A stretch of DNA of 64,000 bases, from the NCBI GenBank assembly GCA_048128005.1, contig JBEUKZ010000101.1, forward strand, positions 1 through 64,000. Reading direction: 5' to 3'. The stretch is from Veleropilina oligotropha (Eukaryota). The translations under genes were made by a program, and so were the position numbers. The notes under the pieces are model-generated. The model had not been told where the DNA came from and ran no database searches. It worked only from the letters and a program-made list of their open reading frames with translations. Below are positions 28,100-40,546 of the stretch, one piece after another (the first letter of the stretch is position 1; each line of letters opens with the position of its first letter).

Positions 28100-28830
28100 T
28101 CGGTATAGACGACGTGATCAGGAAAACCGTACCCGCTAGGGAATTTCAAATTTGGTATGCAGGTTTATTGAGACATAAACTAGTCTGCTATTACATTTCA
28201 GATTATTCCGCCAAATATTTCCACAGTTATCCCCCTTTTTCGACAAAATATTCGTTTTGGACGACGTGAACAGGATATTAGGAAAATCATAATACCTAGG
28301 GAATTCAAATTTGGTATGCAGTTTTATTGGGACATAAACTAGGTTGCTATTGAATTTCAGATTATTCCGCTAAATATTTCCACAGTTATCCCCTTTTTTC
28401 TACAAAATTTTCAATTTGGACGACGTGAATAGGATATCAGGAAAATCATAATAGCTATTGAATTTCAGATTATTCCGCCGAATATTGTCCCCCTTTTTCG
28501 CCAAAATTTCCAAATTCGTTATGACTACGTAAACAGGATATCGCGAAACCTGTTTTGACTAATAATGAGTTCAAATTTGGTATGCAGGTTTCTTGGGACA
28601 TAAACTAGATGCCTATTGAATTTGGTATTTTTTCGCCAAATATTACCCCAGTTATGCCACCTTATTTACATAAACATTTTGTTTCCATCAATTATCTTCA
28701 TGACCGCGCATCGGATGTCATTCAAATATTATGGCTGATTTCCAAATAATAGCTCGGAGATCAATTCAATTTCGGCAGAACTTCGACAAATATTCCCACA
28801 GTTGCTTCCCTTTTTCGACACAAATATTTA
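28100..28830. repeat. Degenerate local direct repeats (unit roughly 170 bp)
   Basis: TTCAAATTTGGTATGCAG...GACATAAACTAG recurs at about 28145, 28304 and 28570. Confidence 0.65.
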
Positions 28831-28939
28831 GTTTTCGTCAATTATCTTCATAACCTCGCATCAGATATGTTCGCATCTTGTGACTATGTTGCAAATAAAA
28901 CAGGGGGTCGTGTTACATTTTGCTAAGATTTTTGGGAGT

Positions 28940-29378
28940 GGCTATTCATCCGGTGACCAGGCGCGTATAACATCGCAAATGGCTATTCACCCGATGACCA
29001 GTGTGCATTATTAACGGCGTTAACCATTTACGAAAACAAGAATTGTAACTTATTGGCGCATCCTTCCCTATATGTCTTGCCTAAATTATAGTAATACAAA
29101 TGAATGCCCGATCGGGCTTGAAGCCGCGTCATGGGCAAATATATAAGACATGGAGGTTTTAGTAGTTTGCGCGTGACACGTGACATATTTGACCAATAAG
29201 TGGCGGTCCGGTTCTTTAGTTTTAGAAAGTCGGGAACCGGATCCGGTTCTATAGACACTACCAAATATATAATATAGGCCTATATATATATATATTAATA
29301 GTATTAATAACGAAAAGTGGAATCCACCGGGTGAATAGCCATTTGCGAAATACGCGCCCGGTCACCGGGTGAATAGCC
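28940..29378. mobile_element. MITE-like inverted repeat
   Basis: GGCTATTCA.CCGGTGACC...GGTCACCGGGTGAATAGCC arms of about 55 bp. Confidence 0.55.
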
Positions 29379-30030
29379 TCGGCCAAGATTTTTACACGTA
29401 TGAGCACAGTTGTTCCCCTTTATTAACATTAAAATGTACACCCTATCAATTACGACACGGCTCCCACACTTCTTGTTAACCATCTGGTGAGTTCCCTGAG
29501 GCAGGCTTGTGTCAATGTGAACTGACTTTTGACAACCATGTTATAATCTTATTAAATGCTGTGACTTTTGACTACAAGGAAATAAAAGTAAGCAATGTCT
29601 GCAAGTTTCCCTGCTTTACGTCGATCGATTATTTCATTATAACATTTATCATTGTACAGTTTCATTTTTCTGCTAATAGGCTATATAATTTATTTGTTTC
29701 TTTTATTCCGAAATTAGATATAACGGGAAAATAGTAAAATGTGGTCGTAAAATTAAATTGATTCCTGAATCAAATATCAAGTCGAAAGTCCCTTCATCCT
29801 TGGTAATGTTGGGATGTATTTGTCACAGTGGGCTTAGTGTAATCGGCGAAGCAAACTTCCATGCGAACTTTTAATCAGACTACGAAACGGCGAACGAAAC
29901 GAAACGAATATTAGAAGGGTTTGTAAATAGCATTTAATTATATATTACGCAATAAGTGTTAACAACACATAACCGACATTATATGACGTATATTTTATTT
30001 GAGACAGCTAATGGAGGTGAGGTCCGAATC

Positions 30031-30603
30031 CACAGGAGCATGCAACGCTGTTTATCGTTCGGCTGTTTCCGTTTGACGATTAGCGCAGTTCATTGTTACT
30101 ATATATAATATAGACAAGGGAGGTCACGAAGGACGGGACACATGCTTTACCATCCAGACATTTCACTGCATTATTTCATATGTCACAAGATGTTGGTTCG
30201 AATATGTCAAATTCGGGAAGAAGAAGCATATGCGTCCCGTTTATTTAGTTGTTGTTTACAAGAGAGACTTAGTAATTGTTTGCAAGAGGTGTGTAAGTTA
30301 ATTTTTAAATATATTGTGTGTTGAACAACCTAGTTCTCGATAGTGTTAACGCCGAGTGTTAAATACGCGTAATTTGCCATTTATTCGTCATGTTATCGAC
30401 TAGAGAGCAGCACACGCTGGTCATTGGTCACTATTCGAACCAACATCTTGTGACAAATGAAATAATGCAGTGAAATGTCGGGATGGTAAAGTATGTGTCC
30501 CATCCTTAGTGATATCCCTTGTCTATATTATATAGTAACAATGAACTGCGCTAATCGTCAAACGGAAACAGCCGAACGATAAACAGCGTTACATGCCCCT
30601 GTG
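30031..30603. mobile_element. MITE with CACAGG termini, ~170-bp TIRs and 8-bp TSD
   Basis: TSD TCCGAATC at 30023-30030 and 30604-30611. Confidence 0.85.
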
Positions 30604-30806
30604 TCCGAATCAGCATAAGATGTGAATGAGCCGAGATTATAATATAGAGGTTTCGAATCAGCAGGAGTTCGAAGTAGCCGGTATTCATATATAGGTCGAC
30701 TGATGTCCTGATTCATGAGTGAATCTGTCGTTCACGTACCCTATTACTTATAGCATCAATGTCGCTCGCATATATATAAATATGTATGCACATAATATAT
30801 CAAACG

Positions 30807-30975
30807 TAATTACAATATCATAACAAAAGCATTGATCATCAAGGTATTAAAATGGTAAAAGTAAATATAAAATATCTATGCAGTATTATCTCTTTTATAG
30901 ATATTTTATATTTACTTTTAGTTTTACCATTTTAATACCTTGATGATCAATGCTTTTGTTATGATATTGTAATTA
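30807..30975. repeat. AT-rich long hairpin
   Basis: TAATTACAATATCATAACAAAAGC... and its reverse complement. Confidence 0.8.
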
Positions 30976-31481
30976 TTTTTTAAAATGTTTCTTATACTTA
31001 TGTTTGTCGCGATAATAGCTCTCCTGAGCTAATGTTGACTGTAAAAAATATGCGACTTTAAATAAAGCTTCTTGTATCTTGTAAACGTGTTGTAATATAT
31101 AATTTAAATTATATGCTATTCACCAACCCTTCAAATGTTCGTTTCGTTTCGTTCGCCGTTTCGTAGTCTGATTAAAAGTTCGCATGCAAGTTTACCCTAA
31201 GCCTTCTGACATACGCTATACGTCACGCTGTTGTCTCGACTGGCTGCCGCCAAAAGTTGAACAGTGCTGATGGCTGATGGGCTGCGACCATTTAGTAGCC
31301 TAGTGATTTACAATATCATTATCTCGTATCGGTCTATATCACGGAATATCTGCGTACCAGTGTAAAATTGTCGACCAAGTAGTATATTATTTGGCAGGTA
31401 AGCTTGTAGTAATTGAATACACAATTTTAGCAATACTATTACATTAGCCTAGAACACTGCGTTAACTTATGTGGTACCTGG

Positions 31482-31625
31482 CACAGGCGCTCGGCGCAGT
31501 AGTTCTTGGCCACGTTCGAAAGACGCCCGTCTCACAGTAACTGTATATATAAGAAGATATATACAGTTACTGTGAGACGGGCGTCTTTCGAACGTGGCCA
31601 AGAACTACTGCGCCGAGCGCCTGTG
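31482..31625. mobile_element. 144-bp perfect hairpin MITE with CACAGG termini
   Basis: 69-bp arms, AAGAAG loop; flanks GTACCTGG / GTACCTAG (8-bp TSD with one mismatch). Confidence 0.85.
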
Positions 31626-32474
31626 GTACCTAGTAATAATGTAATGTTGCAGTGCAACTTTCCACAATGGCGAAGCGAACTTCGGCAGTGCCCAACGTGT
31701 TGGAGAGGGAAGCCCAATTAAGTTATAACTAATAAGTCAAGATGCTGATTCAACTTCGTTACGTAATTTATATTCCAAAGAAAACTACAAATGGGGTATT
31801 GTGTGTATTTTGGGGTTATCCTGATATAATTAAGTGTAAGTGTATATGCCTTTCTTTTATCAAATAAATAAACAAACAAATATCACATATACCAGCTATG
31901 GTACGCGTCTTCGCCGGGTAAGTCCCCCCACCACAACAATAACCATCCCCCAAAAACCATCCAACCCCCCCAAAAAAAAATTCCAACCAAAACAAATTCC
32001 AAAAAAAAATAATTCTAACAGCGCTATTACCAGCCCCATGGTACCCCTGGATTCCCTGTAAAATTTGGTGGAGATCGGTCCAGCCGTTTGGGAGCCTATA
32101 GGGAACACACAAACAAACTCCACGATTATAGTATAGATTTACATAAAGATTAAAATACAGAAGAAGGTATACTATGCGCACAGTCACAGAGTTATTTTTA
32201 GCATCTGCTACCATCAGCGTCATTCAACTAACCGGGATGTCAGGCAAACTTGGCAATCAGTGATCACCGGCCATTGACGCTAACCAAAAATATAAGCGAA
32301 ATCCATCATCGACTTGTAGGCTGTGGGCCGAGCTGGGTTATTGTGACAAAGTGGTTCAGTGTAAGGCCCTGTTTCCATGTATCTGGGTCCGATTTACCCG
32401 GTATCTCATCGCAGAAAGCGATGCATTTGAATATTGCATAGCAGTGTTTTGCGATGCATTACTTCTTATTCAAA

Positions 32475-32730
32475 GGCCGCTTCGGTAGCGCAGTGGGTAG
32501 AGTGTCCACTCTAAATTCACTGGCTTGTTTCCGCTGACGCGAACAGGAGTGGGATCGACCCCCGGCTGAGGCAGCACACATTTGTTCAAGTTATGAAGCA
32601 CAGTTGTCCGTGACTGGCCGAAGAGGGCGGGTTTACCCGGCGACCGGGGTTTCCTCCCGCGATAACACGGACATATCCTGCCTTGAACCTCGATGTTATA
32701 AACATACAGGACATTAAGCATAATTACTCC
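32475..32730 (+). mobile_element. tRNA-derived SINE
   Basis: A box TAGCGCAGTGG, B-box-like GGATCGACCC, TSD TCTTATTCAAA at 32464-32474 and 32731-32741. Confidence 0.75.
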
Positions 32731-33095
32731 TCTTATTCAAAATACACATTCTCTGATTGTGAACCGATTTTATGCATGAAATAACCTTATATTATAATAC
32801 TGTAATTGAACTTAGAATAATACTAATTAAGTATTGTTTTTGTCCATAAAGTCGCCTGTTTGACACTACTCATGTTGTACCATCTGAAAATCCCGTACGC
32901 TTTCGGTTTATGTCACCACGTGACTGACTGCATGGTTTCGTGAAAAGTTATCTCCCTTATTTATTATATTTATCGACTTCGAAACGACATTATAACCTTG
33001 AAGTAAATATATGATTATCGCGAGTCTAGAGCGGCAAACTACATAATTATGTCACATTTGGAATAATATTGAATAAAATAATAGTTTAGGGTAAA

Positions 33096-33620
33096 ATGGG
33101 ACAGTATTTATATAAAGTCGTCTCCTACTCGCGGCGCGTTGATACCCTGGGTACATTTGTCGTCTGCCGCGATGGCGGCGTCAATGCTGTCCGTTCGCAT
33201 ATCAACGGTGTTAAAATGGAGAAACGAACACAAATGGCTATCATATACATGCTAGAAAATGACAAAACTTCCGTAACAAAAATTTATTGTGCATTATGTA
33301 GAAAATATGAAACAAAAATACGCGGATTGCAGAATTTTAGTACTTCGTTCGTGAATGGCGTAGTTGGGTCTGCCTTGAAAAAAGACAACATAGATAAACA
33401 TGCAAATAGCGACATGCATTCAAAAGCAAATTCTTTGGAAATTTCGCCTACATCAATTAAAAAAATTTACAAATCCACCCCCATTGGACGAGCAATGGCA
33501 AAGTGTGAAGATAGTGACAGAGAGAAAGTGGGGAAATTATTTGATATATGTTACATGTTGGCAAAACGTTGTTTATTTTTGATTACACGACCCCATAAGC
33601 ATCAATCCTTCCATCTTTGA
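33096..33620 (+). pseudogene. N-terminal fragment of a ZNF862-like hAT transposase
   Basis: TTF-type zinc-finger pattern IYCALC...FVNG...KKDNIDKH..SDMH; no catalytic domain follows. Confidence 0.55.
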
Positions 33621-34159
33621 ATAAAAACTTCTTCATATATGTGTCTTGGAAATCTATGGCACAGAAGTTTTTCCTGATGCATCACTCTTCATGGTTGTTG
33701 CCTTTATAGTTGGTAAACTTGTTTGTTGATGTTATCATGCAAGCATTTGTACTACAAAATTTAACAAAACTACTGACATGCTTTCATAACGTCTTGTGTT
33801 AGTTATGAGGTTAGTAGGCATTCACATTGAACGTGCCTATACATATCACCATACCGATTGATGATATCTTGATACTTGGATTGGTGCAATGCTTAGAACT
33901 GGATGGATGCTGTAATCAAAAATGCCTTATTGGATAGAGACTGTGACATTAAACCAGAGATCATTATCCCAACGGTGTTGTAAAGTCTGAGAAGCAATGC
34001 AATCATACCATGAGCCGCAGTATTTTTGAAATATCAAAAGTTGTAACCTGGTTAACAGTCTCGATGATATGCCAGTTACTGGGGTGCATGAAGTAGGAGC
34101 ATGTCACATAAATCCGGAGTACAAGTCCCTCCGTGTGCCGAAGGAATATATAAAAATGT

Positions 34160-34198
34160 CTGGTTGGTTGGTTGGCAACATTGTTTTACGACCACTTT
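34160..34198 (-). mobile_element. 3' tail of a SINE whose head lies at 62705-62905
   Basis: (TTGG)n tail; joins 62705 onward across the ACTTT TSD. Confidence 0.55.
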
Positions 34199-35315
34199 CA
34201 GGGTTTCCGCCAGGAATAAAAATGTAGGGGGGTCCATTCGAGTGGACGCGAGCCTAGGTCAACGGTGTCACCGCGGGACCTTAAGTTCCCGCGGTGAGAA
34301 GAAAATTTTGGAATGCGGACCCTAAAAAGCCACTTCAGGAATATATGTAGTTACAAACATACTTACGTCCTTACTCTTGCCATAATAGTCATATTACCGG
34401 AAACAGTGAATAAAGTCACATTTAGGCACTCCTTTTAAGTCAAACACTACGATTACCTCCCCTGCTCCACCTCTCCTAAGTTCCCCCAGCGAGATCTCGC
34501 CAAGTCTCGCGAGACTTCCGAGCCATCGAAGTCACAAGACCTCAATTCAAAGTTTTCCGCCGAGACGGAAAGACGTGTTTTTTGCTCCGCAAATATTTCG
34601 AATTTGTCTGCGATTTACATGTTTAAATCGAGGACGCTATTATAACTTATCTATAGTTATATACTGTGGAATATACACTGTGTTGTGGATAGACAAAACA
34701 CAAGTGAATAAGGATAGATTGTGATTCTAAACTTCAAGAAGTTCTGACATCAAGCGAAACCGACATCGCCGCTGTTGCACGGAAAAGCATGGCCGCTCAG
34801 AGGGGAAGTTTCGTGTAATAAGAAGAAATTTCTGGTCGGTATATTTATCTGATATTGTTTGAGACTGCAAACAGGTAACTCATTATATTGGATAATTCCT
34901 TAACGACGCTATTGCTGGTTATTATTGTATAAAATTTCTAGCGTCGTTAATAGGCAGGATCGTTTTGATATCACGCTTGCGTTTTTCTGATATCCTGCCG
35001 TTTCTGGGATAATACGCCATTGTACTAACATAAAAACATCCACGAGGTTTTCAGGTGTTTTTCGGGCGGGTTTTTTCTAAGAAAGAACCCCCGTTTGTTT
35101 TAGTCAATTTGCCGGGTTGTTTACCGGGTCGTGCCGGGTTATTACCCGGCCTCGGTGTTCCCAGTTCGGGGTTTTTTGCGGTATATCGCCTGATCTTTGA
35201 TCTTCAGATCAGGGCAATTTTGAGAGTTGTTGTACATAGTAAAAGTCACAACTACCATATATATACCTATTTACCTACCCCGTCTACCCACTACCACCCT
35301 CCCGTGTATTTAGCT

Positions 35316-37584
35316 ATGGTCCGGTGCAGTAGCTCCGGGTGTAACCAGAAAATGCACGGTTTTGATAAGCACACGGAATGCCGTATTCACCGTACTTGTA
35401 GTCTTAAACTTCAATGTGATCTGTGCCTTCTTTTATCAGACAAGCAGTGGGCGGTTCTATCCCACCAGGGTAAGTCGACCAGGGCGACTGCCACGGTGGG
35501 TCCTCCCCCGGAGAAGGGTCAGGAAGAGACTGGTAAGTTAACGAGTTCCCTTAGGGGTTCCGTAAGGGATAACGTTTCTTCTTGGTCTGCTTCAGGGACG
35601 CTGGACGACAGCCGACATAAGGGGCCGTCTGTCGCCGGATCCACCGGCGAAACCTCCGCGACTCTTGGGGGAGTCACCGAAACCTTGCCGGGACCCCAGA
35701 TTCAGGTAACGGCCCGAGTGCCGACCGTTCCTCCTCAAACGGGCCTAGTAGCTGCAGCCAACCATACCTTGCCGGCTAGCAAGGTATATCTGGCAGTGCA
35801 GCGAACAGCTGAACAGGGCAGACATTCCCCATCGTTTTCTTCGGCCTCGAAGAATAAGGGGACAGTTAGTCCTTCTGCGGGAAACTCTCCGTTTAACGAC
35901 GGGGAGCGACCCAATGAGAAAGCCTTTAAAGAGGCCGGGCACCTTTTCGAAGGTCTAAGATCCGGACAATCGGCGACACCTGAATCCTCGATCGAGACCG
36001 ACGCGACTGCCCCTAAGGGTTTTCCGCTCAACCTCGAAGCTCACAAGACATTCAGAGGGCCCGTTCTTTCCCGTGCACCCACGATGGTCACGCTAGAGAA
36101 CGTGGACAGACCGGCTGCGTTCGGGACGGGGTTCTACGGCGGTTTTCCGACCGTGCCTCGCTCGAACAGAGTGGTAGACCGATATGGACTGTTGCCGCAG
36201 TCCTACCGGTCGTCCGGCCCACTGACTGCGCCTTCGGGCCAGCCCTTCGGGTTCGACCCCTCGACAAGTGCCCTAGGACCCTGGTCCTCGGCCCCACCTG
36301 TCTATGCAGCCCGTCTACCTAGCGGTTTCCTCGACTGAACTACCGGCTGTTAGTTCGACGCCCGTCCTGCCTCAGGGTTTCTCTTTGGAGAACGTCCAGG
36401 CATGGATCGCGGCGGGGATCGAGGAACAGTGTAAGGCCTGGCCGACGGCTCCCCAGCCGCGCCTGGTACCTACACATCTGCCCATGGCGCAGAGCACGGC
36501 TCCTGCCTCCGTGATGGAGATCGACCCTCGTTCCGACGAGGACCTCGGTTCCCATCACTCCGACCTCCCTGAATCGGTCGGGCCCGAAGACGCAAGTCTT
36601 TCAGGCACGCAGGAGCCGACCTCCTCCACCCGCCGAAGGCTCGACGCCGTTGCGTCACTTCGCGGGGTGCTTGGCCTGCCGGAACCGACTCGGTCGGCCG
36701 TAGGTTCAGCCAAGCACAGGACGGCAGCACATCGGTTTGTTGAGAGGGAAGCCCCCGAGCTCCCCTCCTTACCTCAGTCTGGGCTGGTTGATCTTGTCGT
36801 CGACTCGACAACCAAGCTCATTCAGGGGCGCAATCCGGTGGAGTCCTCCCCGCTGACCGAGTTCCCTTCGGGGTTCCGTAGTGGGAGGTACCTCCGGGCC
36901 AGTTCGCGTTCGATCCCGTTCGCTTGTACTGGTCCGTGCCTGGCGACTGAGCCGGCTCATGTAGACGCTTCGTTGCGTCGACTGACCGCCAGTCACACTC
37001 CCTCCGTGGCGAAAGTTCCTTGGTCCGCCTTGGAAGCTTTCGAGAGCGCCGCCCGACGGGCTCTACGGCTATCGTCTGTTCAGGATTTTTTCTTGGACGG
37101 CGCGATAGCCGTACTACAGGAGGATGGACCCGGCGCCTGTGAGGCTGCCCTGTCCTTCCTCCAGGAGGTTGCTGCCGCACAGGAGACCAGCGCGTTGGAG
37201 ACGGGACGTGTCCTGGGCAATGCACACCTACTTCGTAGGGATGCTTGCCTGGAAGGCACCTCGCTAGACGAGGCCACCCAGCGCTCGTTGCGATGCGTGC
37301 CTTGCTCGGCCGCCACTCTCTTTGGTGACAACTTTTCGGAGTTCGTCGACAAGAGAGCGGCGGACATGAAGGACCGTGCCATCGAGAAGGCGGTACTGCT
37401 CCCCGTTCGGGGACCACCTGCCGACTCGAGGAAGCGCTCAGGACCCACCCGGGCCCCGAAGCCTTCTAAGCGTGCGAAGCCCTCTTCGGGTGGTAGGCCT
37501 CCGGCCAATAAACCCACTCCGAAGAGGCAAGCACCTCCAGCGAAATCCCGTAAGCAGAGCGGGAGAGGGAAGCCTCGGCCCTAG
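35316..37584 (+). pseudogene. DIRS gag split over two frames (35316-36338 and 36304-37584)
   Basis: N-terminal Cys/His finger C...C...DKH..C..H..C....C..C, low-complexity middle, basic C-terminus; frame change near 36300-36340. Confidence 0.7.
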
Positions 37585-40546
37585 GGCTGCCGGCATTCGC
37601 GACGGTGGGAGCGTGTCTGTTAGCGTACAGCCAGCCGTGGCTAGAGCTAACAGACAGCAGCTGGGTCCACTTAGTCGTGCGTGCCGGATACAAGTTGGCA
37701 TTCAACCGGCATCCGACCTTAACCGAGGCACCACCACCAAGACACGCTCGCCTCCTCAACGGAGAGAAACAAGCGGTCTTAGACCAGGCAGTGCAGGATT
37801 TGCTCCTCAAAGGAGCGATATATCCCGCGCCGCCCAGCACACCAGGATTTTACAGCCATTTCTTCCTGGTCCCGAAACCCGATGGCCGCTGGCGACCGAT
37901 CCTCGATCTCTCGTATCTCAACCGATATCTTCGTACCGAGAAATTCCAGCAAGAAACCCTCTCGAAGATTCGAGCGGCCATCCGTCCGGGCGACTGGGCA
38001 GCGTCTATCGATCTGACCGACGCGTATCTGCATGTCCCGATGCATGTCACGGCTCATCAGTACCTTCGGTTTATACACGGGGAGACGATCTACCAATTCA
38101 GGTGCCTACCGTTCGGTCTATCGTCAGCCCCTTACGTCTTCACGAGAACAGTACAGACCCTTGGGGCCTTCCTACACTCTCTAGGGCACAGGGTACATAT
38201 GTACCTCGACGACTGGCTGATCCTCGGGGCGTCCCGAGATCTGTGCCTCCGGTCTACGAGCTTTACCCTGTCATCGACGAAGCGCCTGGGATTTCAGATC
38301 AACGAGACAAAATCCTGCTTCGTGCCCTCGACGACGTTTACGTTCCTCGGAGTCGACTTCGATACGGTCCGGTACACCGCGAAGCCGACCCAGAAACGTA
38401 TGCGGAACCTACGCGCGGTTATCCTAGACACCCTGTCATCGGACATAACTACGGCGCGACAACTGGCCACTGTCCTGGGGCACATCGAGTCGGTAGCGAC
38501 CCTGCTACCGACGGGTCGCATGGACAAACGACCGTTACAACAGGCGTTCAGGGATCGCTGGATACAACGGACGGGGCAGTGGACGGATCGCATCGATCTT
38601 CGGCATTGGTTTACCAACACGACAGCAGTGTGGTTGAACCCTGCTTTGCCGGACCAGTCGGTTCCTATATCCCCGCCAGAGCCGAACGCTTACCTGTTCA
38701 CAGACGCTTCGAACGACGGCTGGGGTGGTCACCTCGACAGTTACGAGACATCAGGCCTATGGCCGACGGACCTTCAGGGACGACATATCAACTTCCTAGA
38801 GTTAGAAGCCGTCTACCTGTCAGTACGGTCCCTCTCGTCACATCTCCGCAACAAGCACATAATGCTCGCCACGGACAACACGACTGTCGTCGCTTACATC
38901 CAGCACCAGGGCGGGACTCGCTCGCGTCCCCTTTGCGACCGAGCAATAGACCTACACCGCCTAGTGATGTCCCTCAACTCGACGATTCGAGCCCGACACA
39001 TCCCGGGAAAGCTGAATGTCAGAGCGGATTCGCTCTCTCGGAAATCACAGATAATACACACAGAGTGGACGCTACACAGCCGAGTAGCTCGGGACGTTTG
39101 CCGCCGGTGGTCGCAACCTCAAGTCGATCTGTTTGCAACAGAATTCAATTACCGACTACCTCTGTATGTCTCCCCGTACCCGGACCCGGCCGCCCTAGCG
39201 GTCGACGCACTGTCAATGACATGGGAGAATCTGTCCGCGTATGCCTTCCCCCCGTCGTGCATTCTGACACTGGTATTACAGAAGGCATCGAACGAACGTT
39301 GCGAGATAACGCTAATCGCGCCCCTGTATCGCACGCAACTTTGGTTTCCGACCCTCCTCGATCTGATCGTCGATCGACCGTTAGCGCTCCCGCAGAGACC
39401 GGACCTGTTAATGCAGCCGCGCACCCGTGTACTACATCCATCGCCGAACGACTTACGTTTACACGCCTGGCGGTTATCGAACGATCCCTTGCTAAGAAAG
39501 GATTTTCTCACGCAACAGCCCTACGCATCTACCGATCGAGAAGGCTTTCCACGACAAAAGTTTATGACTACCGATGGGTCAAGTACGTGGATTGGTGTCA
39601 CAGCCGGCAGGTCAATATTCTCCGCCCCCCTGTGAACAAGTTTATCGAGTTTTTATCGTCGCTCTTTGAACGCGGTATGTCAGTGTCCGCCGTTAAAGGC
39701 TATCGGGCAACGATCGCGACCACGTTAAAACAGTGTCGTGCCCATGTTGGCCTATCTAGCGACCGAACGATATCGGATTTTATACGATCCTACGAGCTCG
39801 AGATGCCGACCCGAACCATACGGCCACCTGCCTGGAATATTGTTCTCATTCTAAATGCTCTACACTTAGCCCCGTACGAGCCGATGTCCACGGTGTCTAT
39901 GAGGAACTTAACGCACAAAACGGTTTTTCTGATCGCCTTAGCGTCGGGCAGGCGTTGTTCCGAGATTCATAGTTTATCCGCCGAGCTACGAGATGTTCGA
40001 TTCCAGTCAGACGGGTCGGTGATGCTGCGTCCTATTCTGGGCTTTCTCGCCAAGAATCAACGGCCGAACGAGGACGCACCTGATATTATTATCCCCAAGC
40101 TTACGCTGGTCGGAAGGCACGATGTAGACCGGTTAAACTGCCCCGTGCGGGCCCTGCGCTTCTACCTCGACAGGACCCGTGATCTGCGGCTGGGAAAATT
40201 ACGTTTATTCATTTCGTATTTACCAACTTATACCCGCGACATTACGAAGACTACTGTTTCGCGGTGGATTTCACAGGTAGTGAGAGATGTATACTCTCGC
40301 TGTGAAGAAGTAGACCGCACTACTTTGTCGGTCCGCGCGCACGAGGTCTGTGCAATTGCTGCGTCTATTGCCTTCCGACACAGTTTAAATATCACAGCGT
40401 TGCTTCAAGCAGGTTACTGGAAGAATGCAAATGTCTTTGTTAAACATTACCTGCGGGATTATTCAACAGGTGCTGATGGTTTGAGCAGTCTACAGTGTGT
40501 GGCTGCTCAACGATGTATTGTTAGACCGAGGTCGTCTAATCAGTGA
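37376..40546 (+). CDS. DIRS tyrosine recombinase (domain in last ~360 aa), HxxR motif altered to HxxC
   Basis: LASGRRCSEI, CPVRAL, AHEVCA, GYW, FVKHY; long overlap with the RT frame is typical of DIRS. Confidence 0.88.
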   Translation: MPSRRRYCSPFGDHLPTRGSAQDPPGPRSLLSVRSPLRVVGLRPINPLRRGKHLQRNPVSRAGEGSLGPRAAGIRDGGSVSVSVQPAVARANRQQLGPLSRACRIQVGIQPASDLNRGTTTKTRSPPQRRETSGLRPGSAGFAPQRSDISRAAQHTRILQPFLPGPETRWPLATDPRSLVSQPISSYREIPARNPLEDSSGHPSGRLGSVYRSDRRVSACPDACHGSSVPSVYTRGDDLPIQVPTVRSIVSPLRLHENSTDPWGLPTLSRAQGTYVPRRLADPRGVPRSVPPVYELYPVIDEAPGISDQRDKILLRALDDVYVPRSRLRYGPVHREADPETYAEPTRGYPRHPVIGHNYGATTGHCPGAHRVGSDPATDGSHGQTTVTTGVQGSLDTTDGAVDGSHRSSALVYQHDSSVVEPCFAGPVGSYIPARAERLPVHRRFERRLGWSPRQLRDIRPMADGPSGTTYQLPRVRSRLPVSTVPLVTSPQQAHNARHGQHDCRRLHPAPGRDSLASPLRPSNRPTPPSDVPQLDDSSPTHPGKAECQSGFALSEITDNTHRVDATQPSSSGRLPPVVATSSRSVCNRIQLPTTSVCLPVPGPGRPSGRRTVNDMGESVRVCLPPVVHSDTGITEGIERTLRDNANRAPVSHATLVSDPPRSDRRSTVSAPAETGPVNAAAHPCTTSIAERLTFTRLAVIERSLAKKGFSHATALRIYRSRRLSTTKVYDYRWVKYVDWCHSRQVNILRPPVNKFIEFLSSLFERGMSVSAVKGYRATIATTLKQCRAHVGLSSDRTISDFIRSYELEMPTRTIRPPAWNIVLILNALHLAPYEPMSTVSMRNLTHKTVFLIALASGRRCSEIHSLSAELRDVRFQSDGSVMLRPILGFLAKNQRPNEDAPDIIIPKLTLVGRHDVDRLNCPVRALRFYLDRTRDLRLGKLRLFISYLPTYTRDITKTTVSRWISQVVRDVYSRCEEVDRTTLSVRAHEVCAIAASIAFRHSLNITALLQAGYWKNANVFVKHYLRDYSTGADGLSSLQCVAAQRCIVRPRSSNQ
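37605..39635 (+). CDS. DIRS reverse transcriptase / RNase H / methyltransferase-like
   Basis: IDLTDAYLH, LPFGLSSAP, YLDDWL; LFTDAS, HINFLELEAV, TDN; VDLFA, YAFPP; GTG start in track, true start uncertain. Confidence 0.93.
   Translation: MGACLLAYSQPWLELTDSSWVHLVVRAGYKLAFNRHPTLTEAPPPRHARLLNGEKQAVLDQAVQDLLLKGAIYPAPPSTPGFYSHFFLVPKPDGRWRPILDLSYLNRYLRTEKFQQETLSKIRAAIRPGDWAASIDLTDAYLHVPMHVTAHQYLRFIHGETIYQFRCLPFGLSSAPYVFTRTVQTLGAFLHSLGHRVHMYLDDWLILGASRDLCLRSTSFTLSSTKRLGFQINETKSCFVPSTTFTFLGVDFDTVRYTAKPTQKRMRNLRAVILDTLSSDITTARQLATVLGHIESVATLLPTGRMDKRPLQQAFRDRWIQRTGQWTDRIDLRHWFTNTTAVWLNPALPDQSVPISPPEPNAYLFTDASNDGWGGHLDSYETSGLWPTDLQGRHINFLELEAVYLSVRSLSSHLRNKHIMLATDNTTVVAYIQHQGGTRSRPLCDRAIDLHRLVMSLNSTIRARHIPGKLNVRADSLSRKSQIIHTEWTLHSRVARDVCRRWSQPQVDLFATEFNYRLPLYVSPYPDPAALAVDALSMTWENLSAYAFPPSCILTLVLQKASNERCEITLIAPLYRTQLWFPTLLDLIVDRPLALPQRPDLLMQPRTRVLHPSPNDLRLHAWRLSNDPLLRKDFLTQQPYASTDREGFPRQKFMTTDGSSTWIGVTAGRSIFSAPL

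Larger units (their letters stand above)
29853..31193. mobile_element. Non-autonomous element with ~80-bp inverted arms enclosing further hairpins
   Basis: 29853-29933 is the near reverse complement of 31113-31193. Confidence 0.65.

Noticed and set aside
32475..32575. Functional tRNA genes here and at ~62825-62905
   Set aside because: No clean cloverleaf; each continues into a SINE body with tail and/or TSD
24547..34159. Host protein-coding exons among the short ORFs
   Set aside because: No recognisable domains apart from the hAT fragment; small exons cannot be excluded without RNA data
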